A stretch of DNA of 64,000 nucleotides from Escherichia coli (GTDB lineage: Bacteria; Pseudomonadota; Gammaproteobacteria; Enterobacterales; Enterobacteriaceae): the NCBI RefSeq assembly GCF_003018235.1, contig NZ_CP027437.1; one strand, given 5' to 3'. The translations under genes and the position numbers were made by a program. Shown here one piece after another: positions 44,743 to 53,505 of the stretch. Below the pieces are notes generated by a model that saw nothing but the letters and a program-made list of their open reading frames with translations, ran no database searches and was not told the DNA's origin. Positions within the stretch are counted from its first letter, which is position 1, and every line of letters starts with the position of its first letter.

Positions 44743-45798
44743 TTAACCAATTTTGACGGTAACAAATTTGCGAATATCTGCCGGTACCGGCTGCGGTGCG
44801 CTGTGTGTCTGCACGTACTCAATCGCCGGATCGCCGTCTTCAATCCAGTTTTTCGGGTAGAACATGTTTTGCGTTGCGCCCGTTCTTACCGCTTCCTGAT
44901 CCATAATCGCACCATAGGCCACCAGCCCTTTATTGTTGGTGTTACCCAGGACCAGCAAATCAGGCTCAAGGAAATATTTTTCGGTGCCGTCGCTGTCAGT
45001 GTATTTGCCGGAATAGACGATAAGGGCCAGATCACCAAGATAGCCTTTAAAGCTCACCACTTCGCCCAGGTTTTTACAGGCCAGTTCGGCGGCGGATTCT
45101 GAACCACGGGAAAGATCGTACAGCTCACGGAATTTTTTAAAGCTGCGTAATGTGCGCCATACCTCAGCGCCCATAATCATGACGTTTGCGGGGCAACCAG
45201 CCTGATCAGCATAAAGCTCGATGTCATAGATTGGGTCGTGCATGTCTTTATCCTGCTCGGACCATTTTTTACCATTGGCCTGCTCTATGATGCAGTTTTC
45301 CGGTATTTTCCAGTCGATTTCATAGCGTTCTATGCCTTCGCCCTCAATGATGTTTTTTCCGGTCGTTACCGCATTCACCGCCAGCCATTCCACGCGTGCC
45401 TTAATGGCGTTTATCTGGCGGCGCACGTTGCCAGTAATCAGGCGCATGCGTCGGTATGTAGGGTCGTTAAGCTGTGCCGGATCTTCTCCAGCCATGCGCA
45501 TGATGGTTTTTGTTGGATCGATTTCATGCTTTGGCTTCATGTAGCCGGGTTTAATCGTGCTGGTTTCGTACCCTTTATCGCGCTGGACATGGCTACCCAC
45601 CATAGGCGAACAGAACGCTGACATCGTAACCTCTTCAATGTCCAGGGTGTCCAGCATGATGCTTTGGGTGTTGAAGGTCGCCACGTTCGGGAAAAACAGC
45701 GTGGTAAACAGCGGACTGAATTTAAATTCAGCAATATCCCCGCGATTCAGGTACGCGAAAAGCTGGTTAGTGTTAAGTGCCGTTGCTTTTCCTGCCAT
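44743..45798 (-). CDS. Lambda gpE-like major capsid protein
   Basis: 351 aa; conserved blocks KFxFxPLF, TPGYxKPKHE, DPxYRRxR, YPKNWxxxGDP relative to recalled lambda gpE. Confidence 0.8.
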   Translation of the reverse strand: MAGKATALNTNQLFAYLNRGDIAEFKFSPLFTTLFFPNVATFNTQSIMLDTLDIEEVTMSAFCSPMVGSHVQRDKGYETSTIKPGYMKPKHEIDPTKTIMRMAGEDPAQLNDPTYRRMRLITGNVRRQINAIKARVEWLAVNAVTTGKNIIEGEGIERYEIDWKIPENCIIEQANGKKWSEQDKDMHDPIYDIELYADQAGCPANVMIMGAEVWRTLRSFKKFRELYDLSRGSESAAELACKNLGEVVSFKGYLGDLALIVYSGKYTDSDGTEKYFLEPDLLVLGNTNNKGLVAYGAIMDQEAVRTGATQNMFYPKNWIEDGDPAIEYVQTHSAPQPVPADIRKFVTVKIG

Positions 45799-46004
45799 TA
45801 TTCACCCCCATGAGTCTGATTCATGCCCAGCGCCGCGCGTAAATAGGCGCGTACCTGCCAGCCTGTTGACGGCTCAACCATCGCCAGCGGATCAAGTCCT
45901 GCCGCAATGCCTGCTTTTACGTTCTGCTGGTGGCGTTCCTTGAGCGCCTCCACGATGTCGGGGCTTATGTACACCGAAACACCGCCTTTTTTCTCTTCTG
46001 CCAT
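45798..46004 (-). CDS. Hypothetical protein (68 aa) upstream of the capsid gene
   Basis: ORF with start/stop overlap with the capsid gene. Confidence 0.4.
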   Translation of the reverse strand: MAEEKKGGVSVYISPDIVEALKERHQQNVKAGIAAGLDPLAMVEPSTGWQVRAYLRAALGMNQTHGGE

Positions 46005-46166
46005 TGGTTGAAATTCCTCTTTAACAAAAAAAACATAACTGGATGAAAATCCAGTTGTGATTATAATTGTGATTGCACTTTGTGCAACGATATTGAGTTA
46101 TATTGCAAATTATGAAATGATTATCCCGATCATGTGTGTCAGTGCACCAAAAAAAACTCATATGCA

Positions 46167-46207
46167 AAAGCCCGATAAGACCCCTCTGACCTTATCGGGC
46201 TTTTTTA
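46167..46207. terminator. Bidirectional intrinsic terminator between replication and capsid modules
   Basis: Stem gcccgataag/cttatcgggc with TTTTTT on the plus strand and a T-run on the minus strand. Confidence 0.55.
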
Positions 46208-46409
46208 TCTGTCGGCAAAGACATCGAACAAAAATTAATCACAATCATCATCTTTTTTTCATCAATGCGATTAAAAACAATAAATTACGCTCATGATGAT
46301 GATGACGATAAAACCACAAAAATGCGCTTTTTTCCGCGCCACCCGTCCCGTGGATGGTCCCGCCAGCCAGGAGGACCCATAAAAAAGCCGGATTGCTCCG
46401 GCTCTGCTC

Positions 46410-46682
46410 TCACTTCTGCGGGTAGTTGCGCCATATTGTTTTCCCTATACCATCTATCCCCATTTGTTTTTCAGTGCGATCAACCGACCGTTTCAGCGCG
46501 CCAAAACCATCCGGCGGCTCCGGTGGCCTCTGTGCCTTCCTGGAACATTCCAGCCGTCGCATTGCCACCTGTGCGCGTTCCTTGTCTGTCTCCACCAGCT
46601 GCATGACTTCACCCCATCGCGCGGCCGCCCTCCGGTAAAAGCCTTTCGACTCGAGTTCCTCCGCTATGCGGTCATGTACCAT
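46410..46682 (-). CDS. PerC-like transcriptional activator
   Basis: ORF 46410..46802; probable start ATG 46682 (strong SD, 10 nt after the SSB stop); motif GFYRRAAARWGEVM resembles the PerC RGLWRRAADLW motif. Confidence 0.5.
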   Translation of the reverse strand: MVHDRIAEELESKGFYRRAAARWGEVMQLVETDKERAQVAMRRLECSRKAQRPPEPPDGFGALKRSVDRTEKQMGIDGIGKTIWRNYPQK

Positions 46683-46692
46683 CCTCACCCCC

Positions 46693-47103
46693 TCAGAACG
46701 GAATACCATCACCGTAAGGGTCATCGCCTCCCGCTGGTGGCTGATTACCCTGTGTGCCTGTGGTTGTGCGTCGGCTCCCGCCAGGACGTGCCGTACGGGC
46801 ACTGATTACGCTGTCTGCAATGACCTGATAACCCTGCCGCGTTTCGCCGTTCTGTCCGGTCCACTGGCTTACCTGCATGTTACCCGCCACGCTCACCAGT
46901 TCGCCTTTGTGGTGTTTTGCCAGTGCGTCGGCCTGTCTGCCAAACGCCAGGACGGATAACCACATCGTCGCCGTTCCGTCATCTGTCTGGCTGCATGGCA
47001 GGGGAACCGCCATACTCGCCATCGCCATTTGTGTCCCTTTGCTGGTGGTCTTTAACTGCGGGTCAGCCACCAGCCGTCCGTAAGCCGCTATCTGTGCTGT
47101 CAT
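46693..47103 (-). CDS. Single-stranded DNA-binding protein (SSB-like)
   Basis: 136 aa; OB-fold-like N-terminus and C-terminal acidic tail ...DDPYGDGIPF (SSB signature DDDIPF). Confidence 0.7.
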   Translation of the reverse strand: MTAQIAAYGRLVADPQLKTTSKGTQMAMASMAVPLPCSQTDDGTATMWLSVLAFGRQADALAKHHKGELVSVAGNMQVSQWTGQNGETRQGYQVIADSVISARTARPGGSRRTTTGTQGNQPPAGGDDPYGDGIPF

Positions 47104-47342
47104 GCTGTCTGCTCTCCGGTTTTAACGTTGATGGTTGTTACCTGTTCCGCTTCGGCAATCTCCCGTTCTGTCAGCGTGGCAAAGTTTGCGGCCGCTGTGG
47201 TCATGAATGCGCTTATCAGTTCTGGATGTTCCTTCGCGTATCCTTCCCGCGTGTGGCGGTCGATGATTTTTATCGCCACCCTCAGCCAGTGTTCTGTAAG
47301 GTCAATGGCGCGGTGATCTGTCTTTTTGTGGCTTACCTTCAT
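47100..47342 (-). CDS. Hypothetical protein (80 aa)
   Basis: 4-nt overlap with the SSB start. Confidence 0.45.
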   Translation of the reverse strand: MKVSHKKTDHRAIDLTEHWLRVAIKIIDRHTREGYAKEHPELISAFMTTAAANFATLTEREIAEAEQVTTINVKTGEQTA

Positions 47343-47345
47343 GAT

Positions 47346-47669
47346 TTACTCCAGGGTACCGCTATTGCTGCAGTCGTTAACCGGATACCAGGCAAATACC
47401 CATGACTCACCGCAGTGAACAAACTTCTTATCTGGCAGATAAAGGCACTCGAACATTCCCTCATCAGGACTATGCGGACTCACGCCAAGCTCACTGGTCA
47501 GCACGGGTAAGATTTCGCGGTAAGTATCCCCAGTGCCGAAATGGTTGACCTCACAAAGCGCCCATGCAGCAATTGGGCTATACCATTCCGTGCCGTCGTC
47601 GTCTTTGAACTTCGCCCACCAGCCAGGAAGGGCGGTTGATAAGCTCAGTGTTTCAATTTCAGATTTCAT
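47346..47669 (-). CDS. Hypothetical protein (about 107 aa)
   Basis: ORF 47346..47714; start placed at MKSEIETL. Confidence 0.45.
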   Translation of the reverse strand: MKSEIETLSLSTALPGWWAKFKDDDGTEWYSPIAAWALCEVNHFGTGDTYREILPVLTSELGVSPHSPDEGMFECLYLPDKKFVHCGESWVFAWYPVNDCSNSGTLE

Positions 47670-47915
47670 AAATTCACCTTCTGTATTTTGTCCTGCTGTT
47701 CGATTTTTATTCATTACTCACCACTCCTCACTTTTACTCCTCACTTTTTAAGTTGCCTCACTTCGTCTCACTTGAGATTTTCGTGTTTTCTATTAATTTG
47801 TTTTATAAGATTTTTTTCACTCCTCACTTTTGAGGATGTATACAGGTGAGAAAGTGAGTAATTGTGTTAATATTTTGTAAAAACCTCACCGTTACTCACT
47901 TTTGCTACTCACTTT

Positions 47916-49325
47916 TTACAGTGGTCCTACATCATCACCATCAATGTAAATCACGGCGTCTTTTTCCAGTTTGGCTAACCATCGCCGCATATTTTTCACG
48001 TCATACCCAAGCCGTTTCATGTCATCACGTAACAGCGCAATAGTGCACTTGTCGCCGTTCTGTGTGCGTGAACGTATGCACCCCCATAGCGCGGTATGGT
48101 TTTCCGTCTTGTTGCCTGCCTCCTCGATGCGCTCCAGTTCAACAGGAGGACGCGGCTTATCCACCACCACCAGCGACGTGATTAATTCGCCGTCAGCGTC
48201 GGTAAAAAGCTCCACTACCCGCAAATCGTAGGCGGCTTCTTTGAGTTCCTCTGCGTCCTTCATTTTTGTGCATGAGATAACCAGGGCTTCGCTTCCTGCG
48301 TCCTCTCTGCGTATCCGGTATTCAGCGTCCAGTGATGCACGGAATGCACTGGAACCACGCGCGCCCTTTGTTTCATCTTTGCCGGAATGGTGAACCACCA
48401 GCACCGTGGACCCTGTGCGTCGTTTCAGTTCGTCACATCCACGGATAAACGCCCCCATGTCACGGGAGTCATTTTCATCATTGCCGCCAAAGCAACGCGC
48501 CAGCGTATCCAGAATAATCATTCGAACAGGTTTACCCGTTTCCCGCTCCACCTGGCTGGCTGCGATAACCATTTCATCAACATCAAGCGGGGCCGCCGGA
48601 AAGACCGGACGGTTTACCAGATACAGATTTTTCACCTGTACATCGTGCACAACCTCCCAGGCTTTTATGCGACGCGGAACGCCTATACCACCTTCACCAA
48701 CCACATAGAGAACAGAACCATGTGCAACCCTGCGGCCTCCCCAGTGGCGGCCCGTTGAAATGTGACACGCCCACGAACCAGCAAGAAACGATTTATAGGA
48801 TCCGCTCGCTCCGTATATGCTGCACAGCGACGCCGCCGGAATAATGCCCTTAACCACGTAATCCAGTTGCGTGTCATATCCGGTAGATCCAACGCTCATC
48901 GGTAGCGTGGTGTTTCGTTGGGGGTTTTTTGCCATTACCAGGCTTTCCCCTCTCTCCCATGTCTCCCGCAACCGTGGTAGCTGGTCGGTCCATTTCTCCA
49001 GCAATTCGAAATTTTCAGAAAGCAGTCGCGCTTCCCTGACTCCGGCAATCGCCAGTTTCGTCGCGATGGTTAGCAACTGCTCTTCGTCAATATTTCCGGC
49101 GCGTATCACTGTGACCCTGTGCCGCCCCTCATCAACAATTTGCAGATTATCCAGTTCGCTTAACTGATAACGGCCCAGGTAAACGGGAGGCGTCGGGTCT
49201 CCCGCCTTTTTGGCCTGTGCAACGATGTAATGCTCTGCAAATGAGTGAGCATCAACACCCGCGAAAATAATCGCGTCGGTGTACTTATCTTTCGGTAATA
49301 GTTTTACGTTCGGTGCCAGTTTCAT
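47916..49325 (-). CDS. Replication protein with RecA-fold (RepA/AAA_25-type) helicase core, Pri-Rep-like
   Basis: 469 aa; Walker A-like GASGSYKS, Walker B-like MIILDTLAR, SGKDETKGARGSSA motif typical of RepA-type helicases of satellites and plasmids. Confidence 0.7.
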   Translation of the reverse strand: MKLAPNVKLLPKDKYTDAIIFAGVDAHSFAEHYIVAQAKKAGDPTPPVYLGRYQLSELDNLQIVDEGRHRVTVIRAGNIDEEQLLTIATKLAIAGVREARLLSENFELLEKWTDQLPRLRETWERGESLVMAKNPQRNTTLPMSVGSTGYDTQLDYVVKGIIPAASLCSIYGASGSYKSFLAGSWACHISTGRHWGGRRVAHGSVLYVVGEGGIGVPRRIKAWEVVHDVQVKNLYLVNRPVFPAAPLDVDEMVIAASQVERETGKPVRMIILDTLARCFGGNDENDSRDMGAFIRGCDELKRRTGSTVLVVHHSGKDETKGARGSSAFRASLDAEYRIRREDAGSEALVISCTKMKDAEELKEAAYDLRVVELFTDADGELITSLVVVDKPRPPVELERIEEAGNKTENHTALWGCIRSRTQNGDKCTIALLRDDMKRLGYDVKNMRRWLAKLEKDAVIYIDGDDVGPL

Positions 49326-49621
49326 TTTTTACCCCTGAATCCGTTAATCATGTTTTTCATCTTCTGAATATTGGCGCGGGCCTTCTCCCTGCTGGTGGGC
49401 TGGCTGCGTTGCGCTGCCTGTACCAGAGAAAAATCACGCCGGAACTGATAAACAGGCATCACGCAGTCATATTCGTAGCCTTCACGGCGGTAGGTTACGC
49501 GCCGTTCCTCCACGCCCTTGATCATTACCGTGCCGCCGTACTGGTCGCGGTAAATATCCCCGCGCATGAATTTAGTGCGAGTTTTGCCGCTGGCAGTTAA
49601 GCCAGAATATTTAAGTTTCAT
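49322..49621 (-). CDS. Hypothetical basic protein (99 aa)
   Basis: 4-nt overlap with the replication gene start. Confidence 0.45.
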   Translation of the reverse strand: MKLKYSGLTASGKTRTKFMRGDIYRDQYGGTVMIKGVEERRVTYRREGYEYDCVMPVYQFRRDFSLVQAAQRSQPTSREKARANIQKMKNMINGFRGKK

Positions 49622-49626
49622 TATTT

Positions 49627-50109
49627 TTATTCTCCGGTGTGGGGCGTTTTATTCTGTTCGCGTAATAACTCTTTTTCTCTTAAATTGAATTCAGCTACGT
49701 AATCGGCATAATCAGCGGTAATATTCAGTACATCCACTCCCGTTGCTTTATATTCTTTCATACCAAGTAAGAAAAAAGATGCCCTTATCAGTTCCGATAT
49801 TGATGAAAGCGCATCAGTCGCATCATCGGATAATCCTGAAAATTCCTGTTTCAGGGCATTAAAACGATCATCACGCATAACCCCCCCATTTTCACAATCA
49901 GCAATCAGGATAGCTTTGGCCTCATTCAGTGCCATATCAGCGGTAAGCTGTGCGTATGCCAGTGAATGCGGGATTATTGCCCCGGTATATTCCGTCTCTC
50001 TGGTAATGTGTTTTTCTGCGGTTGCTGCCGTGCATGAAATATCAATCAGCGCGTGCATTAGCGTTCTGATAGCTTCGGCGGCTGCGTCCGGACGGATGTT
50101 ATTGCACAT
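49627..50109 (-). CDS. Hypothetical protein (160 aa)
   Basis: ORF in the leftward operon. Confidence 0.45.
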   Translation of the reverse strand: MCNNIRPDAAAEAIRTLMHALIDISCTAATAEKHITRETEYTGAIIPHSLAYAQLTADMALNEAKAILIADCENGGVMRDDRFNALKQEFSGLSDDATDALSSISELIRASFFLLGMKEYKATGVDVLNITADYADYVAEFNLREKELLREQNKTPHTGE

Positions 50110-50716
50110 GTATCACCCCCTGACGAATACGGGCGGCGAATACAGCAACACAACCAGACGGGCAACGGCTACGCGCTTCGCGTTCCGTCCAGGCGGTGAC
50201 GTGGATGATTTGGGATTCTGACGCGCAAAAGATGATAAAGCGCCAGATAAAGGCAGTTTGAGAATGTACGAGGGTAGGGATAGTAGCCATGTTGGCAGCC
50301 TCCTTTATCGTTGGGATAACCCCACCGCCGGAGGTGGTAAGCTCGCTGGCGGTGGACTGTACGGAGTTACCACAACTGGCGATAAAGGAAACCAGCCCGA
50401 CCGAAGTCGGCCCCGTACAGCCCACCATTGTAAAGGTGTGCGTGTGCGCCGATACAAAAAAAGACGCGTGCGGCGTCTGTATCGCCTTTATCTCCAGCGG
50501 GGTGGTAATCCCGGCACCCGTTTTATGAGGTGCACGGGAATCATAGCCATTTCCACCAGTGGCGATCAACTGGTTTTTCTGGCGAGCTTCCTGTTCGCTG
50601 GTGGCCTCAATGGTAATCACGCGCGGTTGTGCCGTGCTCAGGGCGATAAAACGCCAGATGTATTTATTCAGGTTGTACGAGCCCCGCCCTTGCGGGTGTG
50701 TGGTATGATTTCTCAT
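50099..50716 (-). CDS. Uncertain ORF spanning a tandemly duplicated ~0.4-kb module
   Basis: Frame open from ATG 50716 (GAGG SD) to stop 50099; a second SD plus ATG at 50290 inside; DNA-level paralogy between ~50221..50340 and ~50619..50750. Confidence 0.3.
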   Translation of the reverse strand: MRNHTTHPQGRGSYNLNKYIWRFIALSTAQPRVITIEATSEQEARQKNQLIATGGNGYDSRAPHKTGAGITTPLEIKAIQTPHASFFVSAHTHTFTMVGCTGPTSVGLVSFIASCGNSVQSTASELTTSGGGVIPTIKEAANMATIPTLVHSQTAFIWRFIIFCASESQIIHVTAWTEREARSRCPSGCVAVFAARIRQGVIHVQ

Positions 50717-50813
50717 AGCTACCTCGATACTCTGGTTATCGTTGGTGGTTAGACGCCCTGCATGTGTTGCGAGCACTGCGGGGCGTTGCTTAATTTGAGT
50801 AACACCACTCAAA

Positions 50814-50895
50814 CTGTGCGCACAGATTAAAATTATGTATGCGCACACATCAATACTTAACATCTCGTTTTTTTTGCTGTATTGTGTGCGCCCAT
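50814..50895. promoter_or_regulatory. Operator cluster between divergent operons: palindrome CTGTGCGCACAG plus two related TGTGCGC sites
   Basis: 50814..50825 perfect 12-bp palindrome; 50835..50850 near-palindrome; about 50883..50893 third copy. Confidence 0.5.
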
Positions 50896-50921
50896 AAAGT
50901 CCATTTAAGTAAGGTGCATCA

Positions 50922-51119
50922 ATGTCTAGCGGTAACACAAACAACAAATCAGCAAAGAAAAATATTCGATTCCCACATGAGCTTATAGATGGAATTGATG
51001 CCAGCGTTGAACAAGAAAAATTAACTAATCCTAGTGCTAATTTTTCCGCATGGGTCTTGGATGCCTGTGGACGCAAATTAAAATATGAACAGCGCCGCAA
51101 GGCCAAAGAATCAGAATAA
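50922..51119 (+). CDS. Small ribbon-helix-helix-type DNA-binding protein (candidate island repressor)
   Basis: 65 aa; KKNIRFPHELIDGIDA...FSAWVLDACGRKL pattern; divergent from the replication operon. Confidence 0.5.
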   Translation: MSSGNTNNKSAKKNIRFPHELIDGIDASVEQEKLTNPSANFSAWVLDACGRKLKYEQRRKAKESE

Positions 51120-51176
51120 TTACTATCAGCGCCGTGGTGTGAGGTACTCCGGCGCATTGCTTTACAGGTACACACA

Positions 51177-51401
51177 ATGACCAAAGGCACATCATCACCG
51201 GAAAACGGCGAAATTACGCCAACATATGAAATTATCCGGCAAAGGCAGTCAGAAGCCTGCGCCAGACTTGAGGAAGAACTAACCAGAACAAAAATACCAC
51301 CAGCGCCGCGCTTAGCGCCACCAGAAAAATTTGCCCTTGAAGATTTTGTCGAGAAATACCCACGGCGGCTTAAATCTGGTAAAAACCGCCCGCCAGGCTG
51401 A
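51177..51401 (+). CDS. Hypothetical protein (74 aa)
   Basis: ORF downstream of the RHH gene. Confidence 0.4.
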   Translation: MTKGTSSPENGEITPTYEIIRQRQSEACARLEEELTRTKIPPAPRLAPPEKFALEDFVEKYPRRLKSGKNRPPG

Positions 51402-51665
51402 TAGCATTGTCCACCAGCAATAGAACGGTTATCATGCTCTGGCTTATGTTTGGGATCACATACACATAAGGTGCAGCGGGTTAATTGTTCAGAAAGGCGG
51501 TTCCATTTCGGGGCCGCTTTTTTTATGCCTGAAAAACCCCAATTTTGTTGTTTTCCAGTCTCACCAGGGCGAACGAATCCCCGCCCACATTCGGGCGCAT
51601 ATTCAATCTTCATGGTTATATCTCTGTATTAGTGGATGTGTGGCGGCTGCGTGCCGCCAGCGTGA

Positions 51666-51854
51666 TTAATGAACTGCCTTGCAGCTATCCTTCCAGGCCA
51701 GAACCTCGGATAAAGACCAGCCAACGGAACGACCGCCAAGTTTACGACGTGATGGGAATTGTCCGGCCTTTTCCAGGCGGTAGCGGCATGAGCGGCTAAG
51801 GCCTGTTAGCTTTTCGCATTCTTTTTCACGTATAAACCGATCAGTGCTTAACAC
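51666..51854 (-). CDS. AlpA-family excisionase / transcriptional activator
   Basis: 62 aa; LTGLSRSCRYRLEKAGQFPSRRKLGGRSVGWSLSEVLAW matches the AlpA helix-turn-helix pattern. Confidence 0.7.
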   Translation of the reverse strand: MLSTDRFIREKECEKLTGLSRSCRYRLEKAGQFPSRRKLGGRSVGWSLSEVLAWKDSCKAVH

Positions 51855-52228
51855 TATTGCCCCCTTTCGTTTCTTAAAGAGTTATTTCGTGTTCTATTGC
51901 GTTGGGATGTGTCTGATTGTGTCAGGATGATTCAGAGTTGGCAAATGTTGAGGTCGTATGGTTTACAGAAAGAGGAACAATCAGGATAAAATCATTTAAA
52001 TTCATGTTAATACAAAGGCATAAAATCTCGTTTTATGCCTTTTTTCTCACGTGTTAAAGCGTTATTCGCTAATGTATAAAAAACCAGTCACACAAATAAA
52101 ATCAGTCACTTATAAACCTGCGTACTTTTTCGCCTCTTGTTCGTGGTTGTTCCACGTTGTTTCACATTGTTCGCCGTTGTATCTGTGTGCTTATCCAGTA
52201 TGCGCATACTGAAAAAACACGAAAAAAA

Positions 52229-53476
52229 TTATTTTCTTCTGGCTGCTGGTAGTGCGGTTACGTTTTCTTGTGTTCCCGCCAGTATCCCTAACCGCTCCGT
52301 CCACATATCCAGCGCATTGCGTTTAGCATCCAGATAACGGGAATGATTATAAACTCGCTGCATTCCTGGCATCTGGTGGCCTGTAAGCTGCTCCACGACG
52401 TGAGGATCCACGCCTAAATCGTTCAGCATCGTTGTAAAGGTGCGCCGGATGTCATGTAGTGACCAGTGAGGGTGATTTAGCCTCCTGTGCGCTAATCTGC
52501 CGTACTGCGACACGCTTGTTTCCTGTTTCACTTCCCCCAGCAATAAGCCCGTGTTCCTGTTCTGCTCCACCAGCTGCGTGACGAACGGCAGTATTGCTTC
52601 CGGTATGGGCCGGAATATTGCCACCTTCGTTTTGCTGTGTTCTTTCGGCACGGTCCAGAGCATTTCGGTAAAATCCCACTCTCTGATCTCCGATAACCTC
52701 AGTTCTACCGTCCGGCATCCGAACACAATCAGGAGGCGGATTAACGCGATGTAGTAAGGGGAAAATATTTTTTTGTCCAGTGCCTGCAATAATTCGCCCA
52801 GTTCTTTGGTGCTTAAGACACGCTCGCTTATATCCGGTTTTTTCCCAACGTCCGCCACACTCATATCATCAAGAACGTTGCTGATTGCATAGCGCCGCCT
52901 CCTGCAGAACTTAAGCGCCTGTTTGCACGTCTGTAGCAAGAATCCGGCAGTAACAGGCGTTCGCTTTGCCACCTGGTCAAAACAGGCCAGCCAGTGCCGT
53001 AGCTCGCATTTATCCAGCGGCATAGCACCAATGTGCTGTATTACGTGATTATTAAGGCGCTTTTTCAGGGCGGCATAATCCACGCGATTTTCCTTTGCGT
53101 ACGACTCAAGCCAGTAGGTGAGCGCATCGCCAACCGTTACCGGCTTTAACGCTTCCTGTACGGTGTAATTCATTTCATGACGTGGATTTTTCCCCTCTGC
53201 CAGCCATGCGCGACACTGGGCGGCTTTTTCCCTGGCTGATTTCAGGCTCAGATCAGGATAATTTCCCAGCTTAATGCGTTCCGGTGGTGCCCCCCTTCCC
53301 GTTCCGGCCCTGTAAGTGAAATACCAGGTTAAAAGGCCACTGGTTGAATGCCTGACGCTCAGGTTTCCACCGTCATTAAGAAAGGCTGTTTTTTGGGCGG
53401 GTGTGCCGTTGATTTTCCTCAGCTGTGTATCGCTCAGTTTGTTAAGTGCTCTGCTCATAATTTTGATTCCGGTCAT
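52229..53476 (-). CDS. Tyrosine site-specific integrase (P4-type)
   Basis: ORF 52229..53479; R...HxxR...Y catalytic-region motifs (HDIRRTF, GHQMPGMQRVYNHSRY); adjacent to the right repeat. Confidence 0.8.
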   Translation of the reverse strand: MTGIKIMSRALNKLSDTQLRKINGTPAQKTAFLNDGGNLSVRHSTSGLLTWYFTYRAGTGRGAPPERIKLGNYPDLSLKSAREKAAQCRAWLAEGKNPRHEMNYTVQEALKPVTVGDALTYWLESYAKENRVDYAALKKRLNNHVIQHIGAMPLDKCELRHWLACFDQVAKRTPVTAGFLLQTCKQALKFCRRRRYAISNVLDDMSVADVGKKPDISERVLSTKELGELLQALDKKIFSPYYIALIRLLIVFGCRTVELRLSEIREWDFTEMLWTVPKEHSKTKVAIFRPIPEAILPFVTQLVEQNRNTGLLLGEVKQETSVSQYGRLAHRRLNHPHWSLHDIRRTFTTMLNDLGVDPHVVEQLTGHQMPGMQRVYNHSRYLDAKRNALDMWTERLGILAGTQENVTALPAARRK

Positions 53477-53484
53477 CACAATTA

Positions 53485-53505
53485 ACTACACCATTAACTA
53501 CACCG
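53485..53505. repeat. 21-bp direct repeat ACTACACCATTAACTACACCG (candidate att core, right copy)
   Basis: Identical to 42111..42131; preceded by an extra ATTAACTACACC unit. Confidence 0.7.

Noticed and set aside
46057-46296. 79-aa hydrophobic plus-strand ORF (MIIIVIALCATILSY...), a possible type I toxin
   Set aside because: AT-rich inter-module leader; the frame runs straight through a strong bidirectional terminator hairpin and contains palindromes, so it is more likely non-coding
51495-51525. Plus-strand intrinsic terminator after the 74-aa gene
   Set aside because: The T-run is strong but the preceding stem is weak (about 4 bp); not confident enough to list as a feature
50099-51613. 504-aa minus-strand ORF from the six-frame track
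   Set aside because: It reads through the palindromic operator region and across the two divergent plus-strand genes, with low-complexity composition; only its 3' third (50099..50716) is retained as an uncertain ORF
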